DNA from: Trebonia sp.
GTDB lineage: Bacteria > Actinomycetota > Actinomycetes > Streptosporangiales > Streptosporangiaceae
Reading direction: 5' to 3'
Assembly: GCA_035552855.1 (NCBI GenBank)
Contig: DASZKN010000123.1
Span: forward strand, 1 to 34,301
DNA length: 34,301 bases
A program made the translations under genes and the position numbers. Below the pieces are notes generated by a model that had not been told where the DNA came from, searched no databases, and saw only the letters and a program-made list of their open reading frames with translations. Positions 1-9,468 of this stretch are shown one piece after another. Within the stretch, counting starts at the first letter, position 1. Each line of letters starts with the position of its first letter.

Positions 1-376
1 CCCTGGCCACGTGCGCGGGCCGCTTCCTGCCCGCGAGCACGTCGTCAAGGCGGGCGGCGATGTCGGCGTAGTCGTCGAAGCCGAGCACGTGGACCTCGGG
101 CAGCTCGCCCGCGAGATCGGCGCCGTACCGCTCGGCCAGGCAGCCGACCGCGGCGACCTTGGCGCCCGAGTCCGCCGCGTCGAGCAGCTCGCCGATGGAC
201 TCCTGCTTCGCCGCCTGAATGAATCCGCAGGTGTTGACCAGGACGACGTCGGCTTCCTCGCCTTCGCCCCGCAGCGTCCAGCCACCCGCCGCGAGGCGCG
301 CGGCGAGCTCTTCCGAGTCGACCTCATTGCGCGCGCATCCGAGCGTGACCAGGCTGACAGTACGGGAACTAGACAC
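1..376 (-). CDS. rimO: Ribosomal protein S12 methylthiotransferase RimO, N-terminal part (runs off window start)
   Basis: Manual translation from GTG at 376 gives [28 protein letters not shown]...[18 protein letters not shown]...[12 protein letters not shown], with the three Cys motifs of the MTTase N-terminal domain. It follows ftsK-rodZ as in other actinobacteria. Not in the ORF track because it is truncated. Confidence 0.93.
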   Translation of the reverse strand, partial: MSSSRTVSLVTLGCARNEVDSEELAARLAAGGWTLRGEGEEADVVLVNTCGFIQAAKQESIGELLDAADSGAKVAAVGCLAERYGADLAGELPEVHVLGFDDYADIAARLDDVLAGRKRPAHVAR

Positions 377-484
377 ACGGAGAGGGTACGTGATGTGGCG
401 ACGCTCTGCTGTCACCGGTGCCCGGTTCCGCGGTCACCGGTGCCCGCCCAGCCGGGCACCGGTGGCCGGAAAAGGCAGCCGCCG

Positions 485-1312
485 TCAGCCCCCCGCGGTA
501 CCGGTTGCCGTCCCGCCGGTACCGGTCGTGGTGACCGGGGTGCCGCCGGACGTGACCGGGGTTTTGCTCGACGGGTCGACGTTCAGCGTCACCACCCCCG
601 CCGTGGCCGTCGTGACGTTCTTGCCGTCGACGGTCAGCCTGATGCCGGGCGGATTGCCGATCACCAGGCTGACCGTGTGCTTTTCATGCCAGGTCATGGA
701 CTGCCCGGCCGGGATCATGCCCTGGTACTGCTGCTGCCCGCTGGAGTTGGTCAGCCCCACCCAGCAGTCCTGGTCCGCCGTCAGCACGATCGTCGCCTCC
801 GGCTTCTTGGGCTTGCGGGTCGCGGTGGGCGACGGCGTGGGCGTCGGGGTGGCCTTCGCCTTGGGCGACGGCGCGGACGTCGCGGCCGGCCCCACGGCCG
901 ACACCGACGAGGCGCGCGGATGCGACCCGCCCCCGTCGGCCACCAGGTGGTAGACCCCGTAGGCGATCGCCGCGAGGATCACCACCACAAGCAGCTTGCC
1001 AAGCCCGAACGACCGCCGTGGCTCCCGTATCCGGATCGGCGTGGCCGGCTGGAACACCTCGGCCGCGGAGATCGAGCCCGGCGGATCGTGCTCCGCGTCG
1101 TACTCCCTGATCAGCGGCACCGGGTCGGCACCGACCGCGGCCGCGATCGACCGGATATGCCCCCGCGCGTAGAAATCACCGCCGCACGACGAGAAATCCC
1201 CGCGCTCGATGGCCCGGATGATCGACTCCCTGATCCGGGTCCGCTGGCTTACCTGGGTAACGGTGAGACCGCACTGGCGCCGGGCGTCCGCCAGGGTCTC
1301 GCCGATGCTCAC
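485..1312 (-). CDS. rodZ: RodZ-like protein (N-terminal HTH, TM segment, C-terminal DUF4115-type domain)
   Basis: SIGETLADARRQCGLT...TRIRESIIRAIERGDFSSCGGDFYARGHIRSIA HTH, one hydrophobic helix, C-terminal DCWVGLT...IGNPPGIRLTVDGK. GGAGG before the GTG start. Lies between ftsK and rimO. Confidence 0.85.
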   Translation of the reverse strand: MSIGETLADARRQCGLTVTQVSQRTRIRESIIRAIERGDFSSCGGDFYARGHIRSIAAAVGADPVPLIREYDAEHDPPGSISAAEVFQPATPIRIREPRRSFGLGKLLVVVILAAIAYGVYHLVADGGGSHPRASSVSAVGPAATSAPSPKAKATPTPTPSPTATRKPKKPEATIVLTADQDCWVGLTNSSGQQQYQGMIPAGQSMTWHEKHTVSLVIGNPPGIRLTVDGKNVTTATAGVVTLNVDPSSKTPVTSGGTPVTTTGTGGTATGTAGG

Positions 1313-1461
1313 GCCGTGCCTCCGGGAAGTCTAGCCTTTATCATAAGTCACCTAGCGCACTCTAGTAGTCACCAACAGTGATACCTTTAGAACCACCACG
1401 CCATCGGTACCTTGAACGGCGACTAGTGCACGGCCTCAGCGCACGCCGAACGTTCCCCTCG

Positions 1462-4400
1462 TTACCCCCCGCGCAACGACGTGAGCACCTCATCAAGATC
1501 ATCCGGCCTCACTAGCACGTCCCGTGCTTTGGAACCTTCGCTTGGCCCGACAATACCCCGGCTTTCGAGAAGGTCCATAAGCCGTCCAGCCTTCGCGAAA
1601 CCGACCCGCAGCTTGCGCTGCAGCATGGACGTCGAACCGAACTGGCTGTTCACGATGAGCTCGGCCGCCTGGATGAGAAGTTCCAGGTCATCGCCGATGT
1701 CGGAGTCGATCTCACGGGTCTTCTCCGGCGCCGCCGCGACGTCCTCCCGGTACTCGGGAGAACTCTGCTCCTTGCAGTGGGCGACGATTTCCCTGATCTC
1801 TTTTTCCGAGACGAACGCGTTCTGCAGCCGCATGGGCTTGGACGCGCCCATCGGGAGGAACAGCGCGTCCCCCTGGCCGACCAGCTTCTCCGCGCCGGGC
1901 TGGTCCAGGATGACGCGGGAATCCGCGAGCGAGGAGGTGGCGAACGCCAGCCGGGACGGCACGTTCGCCTTGATCAGGCCGGTCACCACATCGACAGACG
2001 GCCGCTGGGTGGCGAGCACGAGGTGGATGCCGGCCGCGCGGGCGAGCTGGGTGATCCGCACGATGCTGTCCTCGACGTCGCGCGGCGCCACCATCATCAG
2101 GTCGGCGAGCTCGTCGACGATCGCCACCAGGTAGGGATACGGCGCGTAGACGCGCTCGGATCCCGGCAGCGGCTTCAGCTTCCCGGCCCGCACGGCCTTG
2201 TTGAAGTCGTCGATGTGCCGGAAGCCGGACGCTGCCAGGTCGTCGTACCGCCGTTCCATCTCGCCGACGACCCACTCGAGGGCCTCGGCGGCTTTCTTCG
2301 GGCTGGTGATGATCGGCGTGATCAGGTGCGGGATCCCCTCGTAGATGGAGAGCTCCACCCGCTTGGGGTCGATCAGGATCATCCGCACCTCGTCCGGCGT
2401 GGCGCGGACCAGCAGCGAAGTGATAAGCCCGTTCAGGCAGACCGACTTACCGGACCCGGTCGCGCCCGCGACGAGCACGTGCGGCATCTTGGCCAGGTTC
2501 GCGAGCACCGTGCTGCCTTCCACGTCCTTGCCGAGGCCCACCACCATCGGGTGGTGATCACTCTGGGCGGCCTTGGAGCGGAGGATGTCGCCGAGAGAGA
2601 CGATCTCCTTGTCGGCGTTGGGGATCTCGACCCCGATCGCCTTCTTGCCCGGGATGACCGGCAGGATCCGGACATCCGCCGTCTTCACGGCATAGGCGAT
2701 GTTCTTCGACAGCGCGGTGACGCGCTCTACCTTCACACCGGGATCGAGCTCGATCTCGTACCTTGTGACCGTCGGGCCGCGGCTGTAGCCGGTCACCTCG
2801 GCAGCGACGTTGAAGTCGTGGAACACGTCCTGCAGGGCGTTGACGACAAGGTCGTTGGCCTTACTCCTGGCCTTGGGCGGGCTGCCCGGCCGCAGCAGAT
2901 TGTCGGGCGGCAGCGTATAGCTGCCGACTGAATCACTGCTCAGCGTGAGCTGTTCGCCGGGCATGACCGGGGTCTGCGGCCCGCGCGCCGCCTGCACGGC
3001 GCCCGCGATCGCCATGTCCGGGCCGCCGGCGGGCGCGCCGCCCGCGGCTGGCACGCCGACGCCCGGTCCGGCCGGCATGCCCGCGCCGGCGCCCGCCTCC
3101 GAAGCCGTGTCCGGGCCGCCAACCGCGCCCGCCGCGCTCGGCTCGTCGTCGTCCGGTGCCGCGAACCCGAGCTCCTCGAGCAGATCGTCCCCGATACGCG
3201 CCTCCGGCAGCTTGGCCGTCGCGCCGCGCGCCCCGCCCTTGCGACCCTCGAGCACCGGCGTGTCGTAGGGCTTGACGTGCTCGCCCGGCTCGACCTCGGG
3301 CCGCAGCCGGATGGTCCGCCCGACGGAGCGGCGCCGGCGGCCAGGCTCGATGGCCTCCTCGGCGTCCTCGTCGTGGTCGTCGTCGTCGAAGTCCTCGTAG
3401 TCCGCGGGCATCTCGTACCCGAACACCGACTTGAGCTCCCGCAGCCGGTCCGGTATCTGCCGTACCGGGGTCCCCGTGATCACCAGGACCCCGAAGATCC
3501 CCACGAGCCCGAGCAGCGGCGTGGCGACCCAGGGAGTGAGCAGCTTCACAAGCGGCGTGGACACCGCCCAGCCGACGATCCCGCCGGCCGTCCTGATCGC
3601 CACCGCGCCCGTCGACAGGCTCGGCGTCCCCTTCGCGATGTGGGTGAGGCCGAGCACGCCGATGAGCAGCGCCACCCAGCCGATCGCGGCCCGCGACGTC
3701 TCGCCGTTGCGGTCCGGGTGCCGCATGAACCGCCACGCGAGCAGCCCGAGCAGCACCGGGATGACGAACGCCAGCGACCCGAAGGCGCCGCTCGCCAGGT
3801 CATACAGGGTCCGCCCGACGGCGTTGTCCATCCGCACCCAGATGGACGCGGCGAAGATGATCGCCAGGCCCAGGCACAGCAGGCCGGCGCCGTCCCGCCG
3901 GTGATCCGGGTGCAGGTCCCGCGCCCCGCGCCCGATCCGCCGCACGGCGAACCCGATCACGCCCGCGAGCAGCACCCACCCGGCGGTTATCGTCTTGAGC
4001 AGCCACCGGAAGAGGATGACGACCGGATCGCGGGTTGGCTGTGGCGCGGGCCGCCTGCTGGCCGCCGCGGGCTTTTTCTTGCTCCCATTGCCCGAACGCG
4101 CCCTGCTGGCTCCCCCGCCGCCCCGCTTCCCGCCCGTGCTCCCCGAACGCGCCGAATGGCTCGCCTGGCGCGCGCCGCCGGCGGCGGCCTTGCTCCCGCC
4201 GGACTTGCCGCCGCCTTTGCCTGCGCCTGAGCCGCCACGACCGCTGCCGGCACGACCGCTGCCGCCGCTACGGCTGGCCGCCGTGTTCTTGCCCGCGGAC
4301 CCGGCTGATTTGGCGGGCGCGCCGCCGCCGGAGCCGCCGCGCGCGCCGCCGCGCCCGCGGCCGGGGGTGACCGTCGCCGGCAGCACCACGTCGGGCGGCT

Positions 4401-4497
4401 CGTCGTTGTAGTACTCGTCGTCGTAGTACTGGTCAGGGGCAGCGCCTGACGACCCGCCTCGCGAGCGGGCCGAGCCCCTGGGCGCACGGGTAGCCAT
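1462..4497 (-). CDS. ftsK: DNA translocase FtsK/SpoIIIE
   Basis: N-terminal TM region, RGPTVTRYE, Walker A AGATGSGKS, LIDPKRVEL, Walker B IVDELADLMM, LATQRPSVDV, gamma domain STSMLQRKLRVGFAKAGRLMD. Confidence 0.97.
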   Translation of the reverse strand: MATRAPRGSARSRGGSSGAAPDQYYDDEYYNDEPPDVVLPATVTPGRGRGGARGGSGGGAPAKSAGSAGKNTAASRSGGSGRAGSGRGGSGAGKGGGKSGGSKAAAGGARQASHSARSGSTGGKRGGGGASRARSGNGSKKKPAAASRRPAPQPTRDPVVILFRWLLKTITAGWVLLAGVIGFAVRRIGRGARDLHPDHRRDGAGLLCLGLAIIFAASIWVRMDNAVGRTLYDLASGAFGSLAFVIPVLLGLLAWRFMRHPDRNGETSRAAIGWVALLIGVLGLTHIAKGTPSLSTGAVAIRTAGGIVGWAVSTPLVKLLTPWVATPLLGLVGIFGVLVITGTPVRQIPDRLRELKSVFGYEMPADYEDFDDDDHDEDAEEAIEPGRRRRSVGRTIRLRPEVEPGEHVKPYDTPVLEGRKGGARGATAKLPEARIGDDLLEELGFAAPDDDEPSAAGAVGGPDTASEAGAGAGMPAGPGVGVPAAGGAPAGGPDMAIAGAVQAARGPQTPVMPGEQLTLSSDSVGSYTLPPDNLLRPGSPPKARSKANDLVVNALQDVFHDFNVAAEVTGYSRGPTVTRYEIELDPGVKVERVTALSKNIAYAVKTADVRILPVIPGKKAIGVEIPNADKEIVSLGDILRSKAAQSDHHPMVVGLGKDVEGSTVLANLAKMPHVLVAGATGSGKSVCLNGLITSLLVRATPDEVRMILIDPKRVELSIYEGIPHLITPIITSPKKAAEALEWVVGEMERRYDDLAASGFRHIDDFNKAVRAGKLKPLPGSERVYAPYPYLVAIVDELADLMMVAPRDVEDSIVRITQLARAAGIHLVLATQRPSVDVVTGLIKANVPSRLAFATSSLADSRVILDQPGAEKLVGQGDALFLPMGASKPMRLQNAFVSEKEIREIVAHCKEQSSPEYREDVAAAPEKTREIDSDIGDDLELLIQAAELIVNSQFGSTSMLQRKLRVGFAKAGRLMDLLESRGIVGPSEGSKARDVLVRPDDLDEVLTSLRGG

Positions 4498-4577
4498 GAT
4501 GTCAAACCTAGCCAGAACCCGCGCCGACCCGAAACACCCGCTCCGGCGTGTCGCCCCGGCCCGGCATCATAAGAACA

Positions 4578-5369
4578 ATGGAAACGGTGATCATCGAACT
4601 CGAACGCGCGGCCGCCATGCACTGGCGGGGCACCGAGGAGGCCCGGCTCGGCGACTGGCTGCTGCGGGCGGCCGACGGCTTCACCGGCCGCGCGAACTCG
4701 GTACTGCCGCTGGGCGACCCGGGCCCGCCGCTCGATGACGCCCTGGCCATCGTCACCGGCTGGTACCGCGACCGCGGCCTGCCGCCGATGATCTCGGTGC
4801 CAACGCCGCTCGACGGCACGTCCGAACTCGATGACCAGCTCGCGAAGCGATCGTGGCCGGCTCGCCCCGGTCCGGCCTTCGTGATGACGGCGGCCACGTC
4901 CGCCGTGCCCGCGCGCGCGGACGTCGAGGTCCACGTCGCCGACGAGCCGGACGTGGCGTGGCTGCGGGCACACCGGTACCGCGGGCAGTCCGACCTGCCG
5001 CCGGTCCGGCGGCAGGTCCTCACGTCGGCGGCGGCGCAGGCGTTCGTCAGCATTCGCGCGGAAGGGACGGCGGTCGCGGTCGGCCGGCTGTCGATGGCGG
5101 CGGGCTGGGCCGGCCTCTCGGCCGTCGAGGTGGACGCGGCGCACCGCCGGCGGGGCCTCGGCGGCGCGATCACGTCGGCGTGCTGCCAGACGGCGGCCGC
5201 CCGCGGCTACGACAAGGTCTTTCTCCAGGTAGAGACCGACAACCAGGCGGCCAGGGCGCTCTACGAGCGGTGCGGCTTCGAGTACGCGCACCGCTACCAC
5301 TACCGCCTGGCCCCGCCTGAGGCGCGCCGCCCAGCTGACGAGGCGGGAGACCGGCGGTACCCCGGTTAG
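4578..5369 (+). CDS. GNAT family N-acetyltransferase
   Basis: C-terminal acetyl-CoA motif [13 protein letters not shown] and [21 protein letters not shown]; N-terminal [18 protein letters not shown]. Start set at ATG 4578 (CATCAT 7 nt upstream). Confidence 0.88.
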   Translation: METVIIELERAAAMHWRGTEEARLGDWLLRAADGFTGRANSVLPLGDPGPPLDDALAIVTGWYRDRGLPPMISVPTPLDGTSELDDQLAKRSWPARPGPAFVMTAATSAVPARADVEVHVADEPDVAWLRAHRYRGQSDLPPVRRQVLTSAAAQAFVSIRAEGTAVAVGRLSMAAGWAGLSAVEVDAAHRRRGLGGAITSACCQTAAARGYDKVFLQVETDNQAARALYERCGFEYAHRYHYRLAPPEARRPADEAGDRRYPG

Positions 5370-6421
5370 GCGTTGGCCGGGAGGTTGGTGCCCGCGCCGC
5401 GGCGACGGATCTGGACCATGTCCGTGTGCGCCGTGTCGGCCGGGCCGGCACCTTCGATCGTGAAGCCCGCGTCGGCGATCATCTCCATGTCGGCGCGGCC
5501 GGCCTGACCCTCGCTGGTGAGGTAGTCGCCCAGGAAGATCGAGTTCACGATGTGCAAGGCGAGCGGCTGGAGCGCGCGCAGGTGGATCTCCCGGCCGCCG
5601 GCCAGCCTGACCTCGGCGGACGGGTTCACGAAGCGGACCATCGCGAGGATGCGCAGGCAGCGCCGCGGCGTCAGGTCCCAGCGGCCGGCCAGCGGCGTGC
5701 CCTCGAACGGGATGAGGAAGTTGACAGGAACGGAGTCCGGCGACAGGGCGCGCAGCGCGAACGCCACGTCCACCAGGTCCTCGTCGGTCTCGCCGATGCC
5801 CGCGATCAGCCCGGAGCAGGGCGACAGCCCCGCCTCCTTCGCGGCGGACACCGTGGACACCCGGTCGGCGTACTCGTGGGTCGTACAGATATCCCCGTAG
5901 TGCTCGCCGGACGTGTTCAGGTTGTGGTTGTACGCGGTCGTCCCCGCCGCGGCCAGCCGCTCGGCCTGTCCGGCCGCCAGCAGGCCGAGGCACGCGCACA
6001 CTTCGACGTCCGGGTGGCCGGCCTTGAACTCCGAGATCGTGTCGCACACCCGGTCGATGTCGCGGTCCGTCGGACCGCGCCCGCTCGCGACCAGGCAGAC
6101 GCGGCGCGCGCCGCCCGCGACGCCGGCCGCGGCGTGACTCAGGATCTCGTCCTTCTTCAGCCATGTGTACTTGAGGACCTCGGCCGACGAGCCGACCCGC
6201 TGCGAGCAGTAGAAGCAGTCCTCCTGGCACAGCCCGCTCTTGATGTTGACCAGGTAGTTCAGCTTGACACGGCGGCCGAAGAAGTGCCGCCGCAGCCGGA
6301 ACGCGGCCGCCACGACATCCATGAGCTCGTCGTCGCCGGCCGCGAGAACGTTAAGCGCTTCTTCCCGCGCCGGCGAATCACCGGCGAGAACCTTGTCAGC
6401 AAGCGAGTCAAGCCACGTCAT
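5366..6421 (-). CDS. bioB: Biotin synthase
   Basis: Radical SAM CxxxCxxC (CQEDCFYC), [43 protein letters not shown]. Start set at ATG 6421 (TACGGT -10 box 7 nt upstream). Confidence 0.96.
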   Translation of the reverse strand: MTWLDSLADKVLAGDSPAREEALNVLAAGDDELMDVVAAAFRLRRHFFGRRVKLNYLVNIKSGLCQEDCFYCSQRVGSSAEVLKYTWLKKDEILSHAAAGVAGGARRVCLVASGRGPTDRDIDRVCDTISEFKAGHPDVEVCACLGLLAAGQAERLAAAGTTAYNHNLNTSGEHYGDICTTHEYADRVSTVSAAKEAGLSPCSGLIAGIGETDEDLVDVAFALRALSPDSVPVNFLIPFEGTPLAGRWDLTPRRCLRILAMVRFVNPSAEVRLAGGREIHLRALQPLALHIVNSIFLGDYLTSEGQAGRADMEMIADAGFTIEGAGPADTAHTDMVQIRRRGAGTNLPANA

Positions 6422-6439
6422 GCCCGATACCGTAACGTA

Positions 6440-6455
6440 CGTGACAGCGGTCACT
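6440..6455. promoter_or_regulatory. Palindromic CRP/GlxR-like site between bioB and the divergent ACAD-like gene
   Basis: cGTGA-CAGCGG-TCACt matches GTGA-N6-TCAC, 20-34 bp upstream of the bioB start. Confidence 0.35.
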
Positions 6456-6624
6456 ATCGCGAGGGCGGCGCACGACGTCTATCATGAAAGCCGTTGCCGT
6501 AGGCCGCCCGCAGGCGGCCGCGCCTAGGGTCGCCGGGTATCAGGTATTTCCTACTACTTAAGTTGACTAAGCCGGGCGAGCATGATGTCCTTGACGCAGG
6601 CAATCTCATCGGAAGGAGTGGTCC

Positions 6625-7632
6625 ATGGCGGCGATCAGGCCACGTGACCTGCTTTCCGAAGCTCTGCTGGAACGGTTTGGCGGTTCGGGAGACACCAGGG
6701 GACCGTTCGGGAGCAAAATCGCCGCGGGGACGGGGACCGGCGAGCTCGCGCGGACCGTCACGCGCGACATCACCAAGCTCGACGACGTCGGATACCTGAA
6801 GTCGGCGCTGCCGCCGGAGTTCGGCGGGCTCGGCGCGACGCTGCGCCAGGTCGCCTGCGGCCAGCGGCGGCTCGCCCGGCACGCGCCGCTCACGGCGATG
6901 GCGGTGAGCGCCCACCTGTACTGGACCGGCGCCGCCGCGGACGCCTACCGGACCGGCGACAACTCCGTCCGCTGGATCCTGCTCGAGGCGGCGCGCGGCG
7001 CGCTGTTCGCCGGCGGGCACGACGAGCCGGGCGCCGACCTGCGATTCGCCTCGCCGCGGTCGCGCTGCGAACTCGCCGGCGAGATGGGCTACCGGTTCCG
7101 CACCCCGGCGGTGCTGTCGACCGTCACGCCCGCGTGGGACTGGGTCGCGGTGCACGGGATCACCGACGGCGCGCGGACCGACGCGGTGCTGGCCTTCGCC
7201 GGGCGCGGCTCGCGGTGCACGCCGGCTTTCCGTGTGGCGCGCGTGCTGCCCGCGGGGACGCCGTCCGACGTCTTCACGACGAGCGCGATCGCGTGGGGGC
7301 ACTCGCTGATCGCGAGCGTGCAGTACTCCGACGCGCGCCGCGCGTTCCACGACGCGATCATCGCGCTCGACCGCCGGCCGCTGGTCGGCGGGAGCGCGCA
7401 CCCCGGGGACCAGTGGCCGGTGGCCGAGGCCGGGCTGCGCCTCGACGCGATGAAGGCCAGGATCGCCCAGATCACGCACCCGTGGACGCTCGTGCCCGAG
7501 CAGGGGCCCGATATCGGCGGCCAGCGGCTCATCGGCATCTACACGATGCGTCACGAGGTCGTCGACGGGGCCGCGCACGTCCACCGGCTCGTCGGGCAGA
7601 TGGCGGGCGCGCCCGCGGTCGCGGCGCTCTAG
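6625..7632 (+). CDS. Acyl-CoA dehydrogenase-like flavoprotein (divergent/shortened)
   Basis: GYLKSALPPEFGGLGATLRQVACGQRRLARHAPLTAMAVSAHLYW resembles the ACAD N-terminal domain. SD GGAAGGAG before the ATG. 335 aa, short for the family. Confidence 0.7.
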   Translation: MAAIRPRDLLSEALLERFGGSGDTRGPFGSKIAAGTGTGELARTVTRDITKLDDVGYLKSALPPEFGGLGATLRQVACGQRRLARHAPLTAMAVSAHLYWTGAAADAYRTGDNSVRWILLEAARGALFAGGHDEPGADLRFASPRSRCELAGEMGYRFRTPAVLSTVTPAWDWVAVHGITDGARTDAVLAFAGRGSRCTPAFRVARVLPAGTPSDVFTTSAIAWGHSLIASVQYSDARRAFHDAIIALDRRPLVGGSAHPGDQWPVAEAGLRLDAMKARIAQITHPWTLVPEQGPDIGGQRLIGIYTMRHEVVDGAAHVHRLVGQMAGAPAVAAL

Positions 7633-7702
7633 GCTCTCTAGCCGCTCCAGGCGCTCCACGGGTGGGGGGCTCTCCAGGGGCGGGCGCTATCTCCGGTCCG
7701 CT

Positions 7703-7744
7703 AGCGGCCGGGACCGGCGCTTTCCGGCACCATGCGTCACACAT
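7703..7744. repeat. Dispersed intergenic repeat family A, copy 1
   Basis: AGCGGCCGGGA-CCGGCGCTT-TCCGGCACCATGCGTCACACAT aligns with 14750-14793 over about 44 nt with few differences. Confidence 0.65.
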
Positions 7745-7764
7745 CCGCCGATTTGCCCACCGCC

Positions 7765-7895
7765 GACGGCCCCTGGCTAACCGGCTCCTGGCTAACCGGC
7801 CTCGGCGCTAGCCGGCCCCGGCTAGCGGGCCCCGGCGCTAGCCGGCCCCGGCTAGCGGGCGGGCGCCTGCCAGCGGGCGGGCGCCTGCCAGCGGG
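7765..7895. repeat. Short tandem duplications in the convergent intergenic region and 3' end of the TIGR03086 gene
   Basis: CCTGGCTAACCGGC x2, CGGCGCTAGCCGGCCCCGGCTAGCGGGC x2, and GCGGGCGGGCGCCTGCCA x2 (gives RWQAPA twice at the protein C-terminus). Confidence 0.7.
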
Positions 7896-8454
7896 GGTCA
7901 CGGCCGGACAGCGCCAGCGCCCGGTCCAGCGTTCCCGCGTCCGCGGAGGCCGGCATTGGCTCGGCGAACCCCTTGTACTGACGGAACAGCTCCGCGTTCG
8001 CCTCGATGGCGGTCAGCGCCGCCGCGGCGGCGTCCTCAGCGACCGCGAACCGCTGACCGGTCGCCACCGCGAGGTCCCAGCCGTGCAGCACGAGTTCGGC
8101 GATTATCAGCGCGGCCACGTCGGCGGCGGGCGTCGCCGCGCCCATCACCGGCAGTTCCCGCTCCCACACCGCGGGGTCGGACCACGCGTCGAGCGCGCGG
8201 GCTAGCTGCGCCCGGTAGCCGGACGCGAACGACGGCGACGCCGCGAAGTCCGCCTCCGTGAGCTCCGGCGCCACCGACTCCCCGTGGGCGCGGCGCTCCA
8301 GCGAGTACGACGTCCACAAGATCAGGTGGTTGAGGAGTTCCCGCACGTCCCATTCGCTGCACGGCGTCGCGGCCGTGAACTGTTCCGGGCGGACGGCGTC
8401 TACTACGCGCGCCGCCGCCTCGGCGGCGGCGGTCATCTCAGCATGCTGGTTCAT
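7852..8454 (-). CDS. TIGR03086 family metal-binding protein (DinB/MDMPI superfamily)
   Basis: TPCSEWDVRELLNHL, ELVLHGWDLAVATGQ, LDRALALSGRDP. Divergent from an AraC regulator. Confidence 0.88.
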   Translation of the reverse strand: MNQHAEMTAAAEAAARVVDAVRPEQFTAATPCSEWDVRELLNHLILWTSYSLERRAHGESVAPELTEADFAASPSFASGYRAQLARALDAWSDPAVWERELPVMGAATPAADVAALIIAELVLHGWDLAVATGQRFAVAEDAAAAALTAIEANAELFRQYKGFAEPMPASADAGTLDRALALSGRDPRWQAPARWQAPAR

Positions 8455-8527
8455 GGCATGCGACGGTAACGGGGCGAGCGCCGGCCGGTCTTGAAGAAAC
8501 CCGACAGGGCGGACCTATGCTGGCCGG

Positions 8528-9403
8528 GTGCGGAGTGACACGGGCCGGACAGGGCAGACGGGCCGAACGGCGCCGACAGGGCCGACGGGTACGGGCGAGA
8601 TGGGTGCGGTCCAGCGGGGCTTGGGTCGCGGCGTGCTGCGGCCGGCGGCCGCCCCGGACCGGTTCAGCTTGCGGCGGCACGAACCGCCGGCGGATCTCGC
8701 GCCGTTCGTCGACTTCTGCTGGGTCATCCGCTGGGACCTGCGCGGCGCGGCGCCGCACGAACAGCAGGTGCTGCCGCACCCGAACGTGAACCTCGCCTTC
8801 GAGGACGCCGGCGCACATGTCTACGGCGTCGACACGAAGATCTTCACGCGGCGGCTGACCGGCCGCGGCCAGGCGCTCGGCGTGCGGTTCCGGTCCGGCG
8901 GCTTCCGCCCGTTCTGCGCGGTCCCGGTGGCCGCGCTGAATGACCGCGTCGTCCCGGTCCGCGACTTCTTCGGCCCCGCCGCGGACCAGGCGGGCCGCGC
9001 GGTCATGGCCGCCGCCGACGACGACGCGGGGATGATCGCCGCCGCGGCCGCCATGCTGCGCAGCTTGGCGCCGGGGCCCGGCGAGACCGCGGCCCTGGTC
9101 GCGGCGATCGTCGCCCGGATCACCGGCGACCACGAAATCCGCCGGGTCAGCCAGCTCACGGCGGAGTTCGGCGTACCCGAACGGCAGTTGCAGCGGCTGT
9201 TCACCGAGTACGTGGGCGTCTCCCCGAAGTGGGTGATGCGCCGCGCCCGGCTGCACGAGGCGGCCCTGCGCGCCGACGCCGGCGAGCCGGTGAACTGGGC
9301 GCGGCTCGCCGCCGATCTCGGCTACGCCGACCAGGCGCACCTGAGCCGCGACTTCACCGCGACGCTTGGGGTCTCCCCCGCCCGCTACGCCGCCTCCCGG
9401 TAA
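8528..9403 (+). CDS. AraC family transcriptional regulator
   Basis: ERQLQRLFTEYVGVSPKW and WARLAADLGYADQAHLSRDFTATLGVSPARY HTH motifs. TATGCT 6 nt upstream of GTG 8528. Confidence 0.93.
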   Translation: MRSDTGRTGQTGRTAPTGPTGTGEMGAVQRGLGRGVLRPAAAPDRFSLRRHEPPADLAPFVDFCWVIRWDLRGAAPHEQQVLPHPNVNLAFEDAGAHVYGVDTKIFTRRLTGRGQALGVRFRSGGFRPFCAVPVAALNDRVVPVRDFFGPAADQAGRAVMAAADDDAGMIAAAAAMLRSLAPGPGETAALVAAIVARITGDHEIRRVSQLTAEFGVPERQLQRLFTEYVGVSPKWVMRRARLHEAALRADAGEPVNWARLAADLGYADQAHLSRDFTATLGVSPARYAASR

Positions 9404-9468
9404 GGACGGGCGACACCGGTGGGGCCTGGTGGGGCCCCGGGACGGCAGCAGGGTGGGGTTTCGGGGGC

